From NCBI RefSeq assembly GCF_018977255.1, contig NW_024704743.1:83578001-83642000 (forward strand): a stretch of 64,000 bases of DNA, given 5' to 3'. The position numbers and the translations under genes are program-made. The notes below the pieces were generated by a model. The model made no database searches. It was given only the letters and a program-made list of their open reading frames with translations, and was not told the origin of the DNA. Source of the DNA: Callorhinchus milii. Its lineage: Eukaryota. Shown one piece after another: positions 27,201-38,162 of the stretch. Positions within the stretch are counted from its first letter, which is position 1; each line of letters opens with the position of its first letter.

Positions 27201-28629
27201 GAAACATAGTCTGTAAATTGGAAGTCCAAAGCTATGGAAGAGATTACAATGCAATACATTTTTCCTTTTTATAGCAGTTTCATGTCGGGCGGATGGATCA
27301 AAGCATTTGATGCTATTAACTGGGCACCCAAGCTATGCGTGGGAGCCAAAGCAGTTCAGGAGGGGAAAGGTCAGTGGGCATTGCAATGATGGAGGTTCTG
27401 TCTGTCAAATGAGATTTTAACACTGAAGCCTGTTCAGGTGAATGCTGAAGATCCTGTGACACTTTTCAAACAGAGGAAAGGTTCTCTCCATGTCTTATCT
27501 AAGAATTCCACCAGATAAATTGGTCATTTATTTCATGGCTATTGGTGAGACCCTACTGTGTGCTGAATCACTGCCACATTTACCTGCAAATACACAGCCA
27601 TTATACTTGACAGCAAATATCTGTGAAGTGCTTTGAGGTATTTAAATGTCATGGATGTTATATTAGATACAAGGATTATTACAATTAAGGTCTGCAGGTT
27701 GATCAGAGGGCATTACCATTAACTCCTTCATCAAAATGGCTGGCCAATAACATGCCAACAACTTGGGCCAATTGGTTTCACATCATTATCAGCGAGATAT
27801 CTTTTGCAATGTGGACTTAATTACCTCTGGAGGCATAATCTATATGTTTTGGGGGGGAGAAAGGCATGTGAGCAGCAACGAGGAAATTGAACAGATGGGG
27901 GACTTGCAAACTCATTAACATTATAGTGAAGTCTTGTGTTTAGTCAGAGCATGTCTAAGTCAAAATATAACATTCTTGGAGTACCGGAGGCCACTCTTCA
28001 ATCTCTACAGATTTAAAAAGAACTGACTGTCCTGTCAACTCTTCTCAATGAACAGAAACCATCTGGCCTGAAGTCAGTGTTGTTGTAATCTACTCATCAG
28101 CATAGTCCAAGCTCAGTTCAATTGCTGTATCAGGATGATGAGCTGCGACAAAATGAAACATATGTGATATTGACCTAATATATGAATTTCAAATCTAGGT
28201 ACTCTTTTGATTGGAAATAAAGAAATTGATTATCGCTTACAACAGAAACCCACCAGGCTCTCCTTTATAATATAATTTGCAGTTGATTCCTAGAAGATGA
28301 GTGCTGCAAGCATCAAACAGAATGAAAGAATATTTGCCAAAATAAGCTGAAGTTCACCAAGTATGAAAAACACAACAAGAGTAAGAAAGATAGCAACTAA
28401 TAAAAAGTAAAGCAAGATTGTTCTGGATTCCAGAAATGTTGACTAAGAAGTGCCCCGTTTGTTAAAAATAGCAATCATTTAGTTACTTTTTTATGATGGG
28501 AAATATTTATGTTTTTAGGGATTGGCACATGATATGCCTCTAAATGAATAACTCAACACATTACAGCCGAACAAAGAAAGATCTCAACTCAGGACTATAA
28601 CCTATTATAGCCGCATTTCTCCAGAAATG

Positions 28630-29428
28630 TAGAAATGCAAAGTTTTGCATTTTGGGAGGAAGAATGAGGAGAGGCAATATAAGCTGATGGTACAATCTTA
28701 AAGGGGGTGAAGGAACAGAGACCTGGGGGTTCATATAAGTAAATCTTTGAAAGTGGAAGGACAGATAGATAAAGCTATTAAAAAAGCATACGGGATACTA
28801 GGCTTTATAAATACGGGCATAGAATACAAAAGTCAGGAAATTATGATGAACCTTTATAAAACACTGATTAGGCCTCAGCTAGAGTATTGTGTTCAGTTCT
28901 GGGCACCACACTTCATGAAGGATGTCAAGGCATTGGAGACAGTGCAAAGGAGATTTACCAGGATGGTACTAGGAATGAGGGACTCCAGTTATGAGGAAAG
29001 GCTAGAAAAGCTAGGATTATTCTCCTTGGAGCAGAGAAGGTTAAGAGGAGACTTAATAGAAGTTTTCAAAATTATGAAGGGATTGGATAGGGTGAACAAG
29101 GAGAAACTATTTCCACTGGCGGGTGGGTCGGTAACCTGAGGACACCGATTTAAAATAGTTGTTAAAAGAAACAGAGAGGAGGTGAGAAGAATTTTTTTTA
29201 CACAGCGAGTTATTCAGATCTGGACTGCAATGCCTGAAAGGGTGGTTGGAAGCGATTCGATAACAGCTTTTAAGAGAGAAGTAGGTAATTATTTGGGGAG
29301 GTCAAGTTTGCAGGGCTATGGAGAGAGCGCGGGGGAATGGATTTGAATTGGATAGCTCTTTTCAAAGAGCCGACACAGACACGATGGGCCGAACGGCCTC
29401 CTTCTGTGCTGTATAATTCTATGATTCT
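28630..29428 (+). mobile_element. CR1 LINE 3' fragment
   Basis: KCKVLHFG, KAYGILGFI, YKTLIRPQLEYCVQFWAPH, RRLRGDLIEVFKIMKG; ATTCTATGATTCT tail. Confidence 0.92.
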
Positions 29429-31391
29429 AACAATCACTGATCAGCACTTACTGCAGTCTAGTATATAGAATTGCAGGTAGTCCAACTTTTCTCAATAATG
29501 TATCCAGCATTGCTGGAATAAATCAGATTCTGACCATTGAACAAATTTGAATGGCTGAGATAATTGGCATTCGTAGATAGTGCCCACTTTACATACTCCA
29601 AAGTGTTCAGCAGCAGTGCCAAGACCAGTACTGAGCCAGTACTAGAGTGAAAAAGTCTCCAGGTTTTACTGATGTATCATTTCAAGTTAAGCTCACACCT
29701 GGACTGTGCAGCCTGGTTGACAGCTTTCTTTCTGAGTTCCCAAGTGAGCAGAAAGATGTTCAATGTCAGTTGTTCTCTGCCTACCTGGTTCACATTGAGA
29801 CATAACATAGGTAGTTTTAAAAATACTTTGTTATTCTTTACAGTTATCAGCTGACACAGAAAGAGGGCAGATGTGACTTAGCTTGCCCTTCTACGGCACC
29901 TACTGCTGCTGCATCAAAACCATTATAACAGTGATACAAGCAGGAGGCAAATTTCCACTGTCTGCTCTCTTTGTTTTTGATTAGAGAAAAGCAGAGCTCT
30001 GTGTGTCTGAGCCAAACACTTATGTGGGGGATGTTGTATTACCAGCCTCTGTCAGTGATCAGTTTTCTACTAATTGAGAAGAACCAACAGGCCACTTAGC
30101 TCTTGTTAAATCTATACAAATTGAAGGTTGGCTTTCTATACCCAATCCCTGCGTTGTTTTTCTTGTATTTGATTTCACTTCTTCTGATGCCAGCCAGCAC
30201 TGGCAGCTTTATTCTACTCTTTTGAAACAGGTTTGGCACTGTAAATATTTTGTAACAGCATGTTTGTATCCTCAGTCAGTTTCAGAGCATAAACTAACAA
30301 ACTAATGAAGGAGAACACTCTGAAAGCCCTTGAGAATATTAAGTACTTATCACCACAGATACAGAGAGGGTTGATAGGCTTCTGTGGGAACAAAATCTAG
30401 TTATCAAGTGGAAAGCAACAAAACATTGCTCTTTGCTTTATGGCTGATGAGGCTACTGTAGGGTTAGCAAAGCAAATTAACATGTACTTTCACTTTCTTT
30501 GTAGAATTGCTCAGAATCTGAATGAACTATCTTGAGAACAATTTCCTTCTGTTTTTACTGCAGTGGTTGACTTTGGCACTTTTGAGGAATAAGGGGTTCC
30601 CAAAATGAGACTGGGCATTGGGATATCAAATCTGACTGAGTGACTAAAGATATAAAAATTGTATATGAAGTATATATACAAGTATATATGTTTGTATTTG
30701 ATGCCAATGTTCTGATGACATATTTTGGGAACGCTACCAGGATAAAATTACACAAGTATGCAAGGTACTGTTTAATAGATTCTGTATGTACTGTAGCAAA
30801 CCAATGTCCCATCTAGACACACTGCCTTAAACCAAGTATTATTGACACATATTTATCAACTATGAGTTTGCCTTTTACTACTCTGTAGAAAAGATAACAT
30901 TCAGAATTCTCTTGCTGAAAGCAGTGAAGGAGGTATAATTTATCCTGTTGGAGCAATCTGCCAATGGCTTCCAGCAATAGAATAAGAAGTATTGGGAAAT
31001 AGCATTTTTTTTTATTCCTTATTTCAAAATTCCTGTCACCTGTGGCTGAGTAGAACTCAGGCTGATCAACGTTTAATTTTTTAATGTTATTAAAGATCCG
31101 AGGATGCAAGCTGCGTTTAATAAAATTAAACCATTATTCAATAACCCTTAAATGTAATTTTAAAATCTAAAACATTTGAAATCATCTGCCGTAAAACTCC
31201 TTGAGGTGACTTTGGGAGCAAAGCTTAGAGGTGAATTAGCTTTTAAAGTTGATTTATTTAGGAGTTCTAAGTTGTGTAAACTATAACTAGGGCATCAATA
31301 AACTGGTGTTCATGCACAGCACATAAAACACAGAAACTAAAGCAGCTTGATTATCCCACAAGTTTATTAGATAGTGGGATTTCTTTCACAG

Positions 31392-32205
31392 GTGTCTGGC
31401 TCAATTTGGTAACATTCTGGCTTCCAGCTCAGAAGGTTGTGCGTAAAACCACCACATTGGGATTTGGTTTATTGTCCAGAGTGACATTCCAGTGCAGGAC
31501 TGGGGTTGTGCTACAATGTCAAGACAATGAGATGTTTAAAATGAGATCTTGTTTGTCTCTGTTCAGGTGGATGTTAAGGATCCCATGACACTATTAGTAG
31601 TCTCCTCACTCTAGTGTTTAAATCCCTCCACGCCTTGGCACACCCCTACCTCTCCAACATCCTCTCTCCTCACAGCAGTACCCGCTGCCTCCACACTGCT
31701 CGCTCCGGCTTCCTTCTTGTCCCTCGAATCCTTCACTGCCCCATCGGCGGCTGTGCCTCCAGCCACGACGCCCCAAAGCTGTGGAACTCCCTCCCTCATT
31801 TCCTTCACCTTGCCCCCTTTCCCCATTTTCAGGCTGTGCCTGAAGACCTTCCTCTTCGACCACGCCTAGTCCTCCTTCCCTTGCTTGGCATCGGGCTCCA
31901 CCATTGTTAAGCGCTCTAGGACGCCGCCCAGCGTGGATGGTGCTATATAAATGCAAGTTGTTGTTGGAATGTGAAGGGAATTTATTCCTAATGTGCTGAT
32001 CAAAAATTCTTCAGGTTAATTGGTCATTCGCTTCATGGCAATTTGTGGGCCTGACTGCATGGAAAATAGTTGCCATATTTATTTAGTCACCAACAAGTAG
32101 AATTTTCAAGTAAAATTGTTTGGGCTACCTCCCTTTTCTCCCCGGTTCAGTGTCAAACTATGCTATAGCTACGTAGTCCAAGACACACTACATAAATGCA
32201 AGTTG
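31392..32205 (+). mobile_element. Old Deu-type SINE interrupted by an L2 3' fragment (~31600-31965)
   Basis: SINE head and body to 31595; then FKSLHALAHPYLSNIL...APKLWNSLP L2 piece with tail; SINE body resumes ~31970. Confidence 0.7.
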
Positions 32206-32689
32206 TTCTTGTTTTACACTAATATTAAATTGTTCTCTTTACTGTGGATTTTTACTGATTAGTTAAAAATCTGCCATTTGCTGTCAAATTACTCTTTAAT
32301 TCAGTGTACAGTATTTAACCTTCATTGACACACTGATGTATATATTTTCTCTGTGGCTATCTGGTATTTGTCAACTACTTTGCTTTCCAATTGTAGGATT
32401 TTTTAAAATGTCATTATTTGGGGAATGAAGCTATATCACCAAAACATCTTTACGTTTTTACTTCCCCCCCACCTCCAATTTTCTCCTTTTACTGTTCCTG
32501 AAGATAGTGGCTCAAGAGCAGTTTTGTATCTTGCTCAAGTGATCATTGTTCATGTGTTTTATTAGACAAATCCAATGATGGTGTTAGGCTATTCAACCAT
32601 CGGGTATTATCCACATACACTTTCCAGTGGATCATTCAACAGATTGTGAAATTTGATCTATAGTTTGGGATTTCTCTTCAGTACAAAAA

Positions 32690-32885
32690 CAAGTTACATT
32701 TGTAAAGCGCCTTTTACGTCTGGAGGACGTCCAAAGGTGTTGAACAGTCGGGGATCAGGACCCGAGTGTGGGGGGGCATGATTGGGGTTAGGGAGGGCAG
32801 AGAGTTAGGAGGGCAGCTGAAAGCACGGCCGAAAAGGAGGGTCTTGAGTCGTGTCTTGAAGGAGACAAGGGAGGGAGCAAGGCAA
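32690..32885 (-). mobile_element. L2 3' end fragment
   Basis: SFKTRLKTLLFGRAF followed by the stem-loop tail. Confidence 0.8.
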
Positions 32886-34287
32886 TAAACTGAACTATTC
32901 AATTATCCAATATTCAATTAACTGAATTTCACTGCATCGTTGTTAGGTCAGGATCACGAATCCTAATTCAAGAAAATAAAGTCAATTCACTTTACAGTAT
33001 GTTCTGTGAAGCACTTGGCGACTTCTCAATGATGTGATAAGACACTATATCAAATGCAATGATTATTAATAATTAGATAAGCATACTGATGTTTACGTTG
33101 ATATGAAATGATAGGTTGAAAGTTTTATTAAATAGTAAAATAGAATGGGTATGACACTGGATAATATTGATGCCTATATGGCTTAGTGGGGCAGCTAATC
33201 CATTGAATACCCCTGTATTTGGGGTTTTGATAAGATGTTGTAGTGTTTCAAGAAGGTACACGTTCTGTTGGCTACTCAATTCTGTTTTTATCAATATTTT
33301 ATGTGCTAGACAACTAATATTGTCTTAAGAGTAACACTTGTTTGTGATGTACTTATCAAGCTTGATTTTGCTTTGCACTGACAGAAATATAAAATTGACT
33401 GTATTAACACCAAGGTATAAACTAATTTTCTACCCTTGGTTTGGTGTGAATATTGTGTATTTCACAGTACATAACAGTATTTCACATGTGCCAAAAACAC
33501 AGATGTCAGTCTTAGAGAAATAATAATGAAAGAGATGTCAATAAATTGGTTTAATTTTAATGTAGTACAGCAGTCGATTGTGCTAAAGGGAAATTTGGAA
33601 AGTGGTGAAATCTGCAATAGAAATAACAGACAGGGAGTATAAATAGTATTTTAAGGATGTGGTGGTGGCTCACTAATTGCTAAAGACATTTGTAATNAAA
33701 AAAACTTACCAGCAAAGAAGGAAAACATCTCAAAGTCCTACAGAAAGAAAACTATGAGAAAATTGTCAATGAGATCAACAGATCAAGGTCCAAAGCACTA
33801 TCAGAAATGCTTTAAAGATGTCATAGTTACCATCAAATGTTTTATGACGACACATGAAAATGCCTCTTGAATTAGTCAGAACAATCAAACGGCTTGGCAC
33901 AAATGTGTGGAACTGAATGGATGTAATGCAGCAATTAATTAACTGAAGGTACATTAGTTTTGGAAAATACACCTATTATTTCCATGACCTTCCATGAACA
34001 GCAACATGAACTTAGATCACTTTAAAAACTAAAATTGTCACAATTTTCCTTTTCTGCTTACTTGTAATTTTATGAAATAATTTAGTTTTGAATTCACTGC
34101 AAATATAGTACAATATCTCAACATGAATTTATAAGAGATATGCAATATGTTCATTTAATTCTTCGTACAACATTGTGAAAGTATGTCCTTTTGCCATCCA
34201 ATATAAAATAGAATTGTTTTTCAGGTACTCGTACTGATATGAAGATTATGCAAACCAACTAACACTCCTCTTGCAATGTTCATATCA

Positions 34288-34632
34288 AATAATTATTAAT
34301 AACCCTTGCATTTGATATAATGCCTTATCACATCTTTGAGGTGTCTCAAAGCGCTTCACAGAATATACTGTAAATTGAATAGATTGTATATTTTGTGGGT
34401 GAATCACAGCAGCCAATTGCGCACAGCTGTCGTAGATTGATCAATTTTTTTAAAAAAGGAATTATTACCCCCAGAAAAGTGATCCACTAGTCAACTAACA
34501 ACTGGGTTCCTACTTACTGATAGGTTTACAGAGGCGTGTGGAGTAAGGAAACTTGGCCAACGCTTCGCTCTGCCGGGAATCGGACCCAGGTCTCTCGCCT
34601 GCGAGCCGAGTGCTCTAACCAGAGCTACAGGA
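34288..34632 (-). mobile_element. tRNA-Ala-headed SINE, long form
   Basis: Reverse complement of the 5162-5533 type, including the extra central segment. Confidence 0.85.
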
Positions 34633-36609
34633 ATCAAAGTACAGTATTTGCTTTCCAATCCTGACATGGGGTTTGATTCCACAACCTTCCAACTCAGAGG
34701 TGTGGGAGCCACCAAACGATCCATGCAAGTTCTTTCTTCTATAGGGTGTCTCTGGCTTCCAATGTTATACCTCATTTTAAAAAAAAACACAAATCAGACA
34801 ATATGCAGTGAGTAATTCATTGCTATTGCCAAGATTCTTTTGATTTAAATAATTTTTATTTACAAATTATACACGTTACTTAAATCCGTGGGTAAGGCTT
34901 CTCTATTTTCTTCCTATTTCTTGGCTCCCTAATTGCACTAATTCTAATCTTGCATGAACTGCTCCCAAATTTTGATCAATATTGCTCTAAAAAGGGATTT
35001 GCAAGGATGGCTTCTGGATTACTTGTTACTCAGTTCTTCCTCCTTGTGGGTGAAGAATTTGATGCCCGCTTGATACTACTTGACAGAAATGTAGTTGATG
35101 ATGGAGCTCAGCAGTCTAGCAGATTCAACCTGTTTCCTACCACAGGTTTTGTTGGCACTCCAATGCACTGCTGATCAGTATAAAATATGTATTTTATTAA
35201 TCACAGCAATTCTTTAAAATTTATTGTGGATAGCTTTCAAATAAAAATGGTATGTGAATATATAAATAATTTTGTTCATACATACAAAACCAATTAAATG
35301 TACTGTGTAAATACAACATGATTTAGCTCACAAATACACTTGAGATTTTATTTACATGGCGGTAGCTCATACATAAATATTTTTACTATGGATTTATGAT
35401 TCTACACAATTAGTACACGTATAAAAAATACAAAATTACATGTTCATTTGGATATACTTAAGCAATTTGTAATGTATATGCAAACATATGAATATTTTCT
35501 ATAGTCTATACATCTGTGAATAATTGAACACTTTGAGATGTCCACCTAATGTGAAATGAGCTATATAAATGGAAATCTGCATTGTATTGAATGTCTCAAC
35601 TATGTTTGTACAAATCTCTTTTGTTGGTACATAAATGTCCACTATATACACAGGTAACTGTGAATGCTTATGATATTTGCATACAACATATTTATCCTTG
35701 TATGTAGAAGTATAACCAGTACAACGACGACTTGGATTTATATAGCACCCTCCACGCCGGACGTCGCCTTCAATAGTATGTTTCCAGTGCCTTGGGACGT
35801 CCTCCCGACGTGAAAGGCGCTACACAAATGTAATCTTGTTGTTGTATGTTTCTATATTGTGTTTAAACAGTCTGTGCTATGTTTGGTTTGTCTGTTACGC
35901 TACTACATATCCAGTTTAGTATATATTTGGATATTTGGATATTTAGATGATTTCCATTTTATGCTCTAACTGGGGTCCAGGTATACATACATGACTGCAA
36001 TTATAGTTTAAAACAGCTAGAAATGTGAAATAAAAACAGAATTGCAGAGCAGGTCAACCAGCATCTGAAAGAGAAAGCCACATTAACGTTGGGGTGTGCC
36101 AACAGATATAATTGCTATCTATTTCCAACATGTTTTAGTTTCATAGACACATGCCATGTTGTCAGATACAGTAATATATATATATAAAAAACAATATCAT
36201 CTCAATCAATGAGAAGGGAGCATAGTCTGAGGCTTGTTAGCAGAACGATTAGGGAGAGGTTGGAATGAATTTCTTTACTCTGAGGGTTGTTCGGTCATTA
36301 CCTATAGTGATTGAAGCTGGATTAATACAAATCAATAAAAAGACACTGGTAAAAACTCCTTCATAAATGCCATATATTCAATTCGTACATGTGTAGATTC
36401 TGTTGGTTGCTCATACACACATACGTTTAGACTGTACGCTGGCTGACACCATGGGCCTTCTTCTGTAAATTCCTATATACATGTATATAGGTAAGAAATC
36501 CTCTATTTGTGTGTGCATATACATGATCAATCAGCTACAGTCAGCTATGTGCTTAATCAACACAATATACATATGTGTAAGAAATGTGTGTGAGCAACCA
36601 ATCTATATA

Positions 36610-37312
36610 TAGATTGATCATGTATACACACACATATTTCCTACCGATGTGCAGACTATGCTGTATACACATGCACATTTCCTATCCTTGGGTAGACTAT
36701 GTTGGCTGATCATGTATACACGCACACACTGGTGTGCATTTCCTAGTGCAGATTGTATGCTATCCGATCATGTACACACACATTTCCTACCCATGTATGC
36801 TGTCTGATCGTGTATACACGCATCATTATTTCCATCCCATGTGTGGAGCACTGTATGCTATCTGATCATGTATATATTCAGACACACATTGCCTACCCAT
36901 GTAGAGATGATTTGCTATCTCATCATGAACACACACATCTGCTACCTATATGCAGACTATATGTTGTTTGATCATGTTTACACACACACAGTACCTGTCA
37001 GCAGACTGTATGCTGACTGGTCATGGATACACACACACCCTACCCTTGTGCAGACTATATGATATCTCATCATGTATACACACAGACACACGCACACATT
37101 TCTTATCCATGTGAAAAATGTATGCTTGGCCGATCATGTACACATACATTCCCCACCCATGTGCGGGGCTGTACGTTATCTGATGTACACAAACATATCC
37201 TACCCCATGTGGGGACTATATGCTATCTGAGCATGTGTACACAAGACACTTACGCATTTCCTACCCGTGTGTGCTTGGCTGATCATGTACACCCACATCC
37301 TACCCCTGTGCA
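36610..37312. repeat. Degenerate tandem array, ~14 units of ~40-64 bp
   Basis: Consensus ~ATGCTATCTGATCATGTA(CA)nTTTCCTACCCATGTGCAGACT; cores at 36616, 36708, 36766, 36806, 36864, 36921, 36970, 37019, 37068, 37132, 37182, 37229, 37281, plus a partial unit at ~36662. Confidence 0.85.
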
Positions 37313-37370
37313 GTGCAGTGCAGGCTGTACTGGGTGTCTGTGACTCGGGCTCTCCCTGCAGCGAGCGCGG

Positions 37371-37380
37371 CGCCATTTTG
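37371..37380 (+). promoter_or_regulatory. YY1-type motif CGCCATTTTG ~100 nt upstream of the ZNF236 ATG
   Basis: Matches the GCCATNTT YY1 core, typically found just downstream of CpG-island TSSs. A further AAGATGGCG lies at 37609-37617. Confidence 0.55.
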
Positions 37381-37479
37381 CGCGCTCTCCCCTCCCCCGC
37401 CGCGCCGTGCGTGCGCTCCCTCAGCCTCCAGCTCAATGAGAGAAAGCGCCGCCGCCGCCGCCGTACCGCCACACAGATC

Positions 37480-37531
37480 ATGCCGCGCGGCCGACCTCCC
37501 AAAACGGCGACAAAAAACTCCGAGACACCAG
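37480..37531 (+). CDS. ZNF236: ZNF236 coding exon 1 (MPRGRPPKTATKNSETP + G, phase 1)
   Basis: ATG at 37480 inside the CpG island; donor CAG|GTACAG at 37532. The leftover G joins AA of exon 2 to give GAA in frame. MPRGRPPK matches the vertebrate ZNF236 N-terminus as I recall it. Confidence 0.85.
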
Positions 37532-38085
37532 GTACAGAGGGAGGGCGGGAAGGGCGACGGGTGAGAAGGTGGTGGGGGGGGGGGGGAGAAACGAGAGGGG
37601 GAAAAAAAAAGATGGCGAGAGAGGAAAAGAAATACACACTCAAAAACACACACACACACACACAAAGGGTGTTTGAAATTAAAAAAAAGGATAAAGCCGG
37701 GCACGGCGGGAGGGGAGGAGGCGAAACGCAGCAGTAGGAAGAAGAGGAGGGAGGGGTTGTTTTGTGAAGGGAAATAAGTGCTCACCGGCGGTGCCTGTCC
37801 TGTGCGGGACGCGAGCGAGCGAGCGGGCGAGCCGGCGGCTGAGTGATGAGGTTGTTAGTGTGAGCGGCCGGGCGCATGTAGTCCCCGGATATGGTTGGTG
37901 AGTGAGTGAGTGAGCGGAGCGGGCGGCTCGGTCCCTCTCTGTGTGTGTGTGTGTCTGTGGGTGCGCGAGGGAGGCAACGGCCGGGCGGAATGATATCAAG
38001 GCGAAGATACAAAGGGGGAGATGAGAGAGCGGAGGAGAAATAAATCCCGACACAAAGTCGGCGCCAACCGTCACTAACCGCCGCG

Positions 38086-38118
<33 letters not shown>

Positions 38119-38150
38119 CGTGTGTCAGCTTTGGCTGAGGCTCAGCTTCA

Positions 38151-38162
38151 CAAAATGGCCGC
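38151..38162 (-). promoter_or_regulatory. YY1-type motif GCGGCCATTTTG on the minus strand
   Basis: + strand reads CAAAATGGCCGC; mirror orientation of the 37371 motif. Confidence 0.5.

Noticed and set aside
33697..33697. Single N base
   Set aside because: Assembly ambiguity or possible contig join next to a poly-A run; not biological, though distances across it may be unreliable.
1..36400. Coding exons of a neighbouring gene (e.g. ZNF516 by recalled synteny)
   Set aside because: No recognisable host protein sequence with splice support; short ORFs are TE-derived or random. Small or non-coding exons cannot be excluded.
36610..37312. Repeat-spacer array
   Set aside because: Sequences between cores are homologous to each other and differ mainly by (CA)n length, so this is a degenerate tandem repeat.
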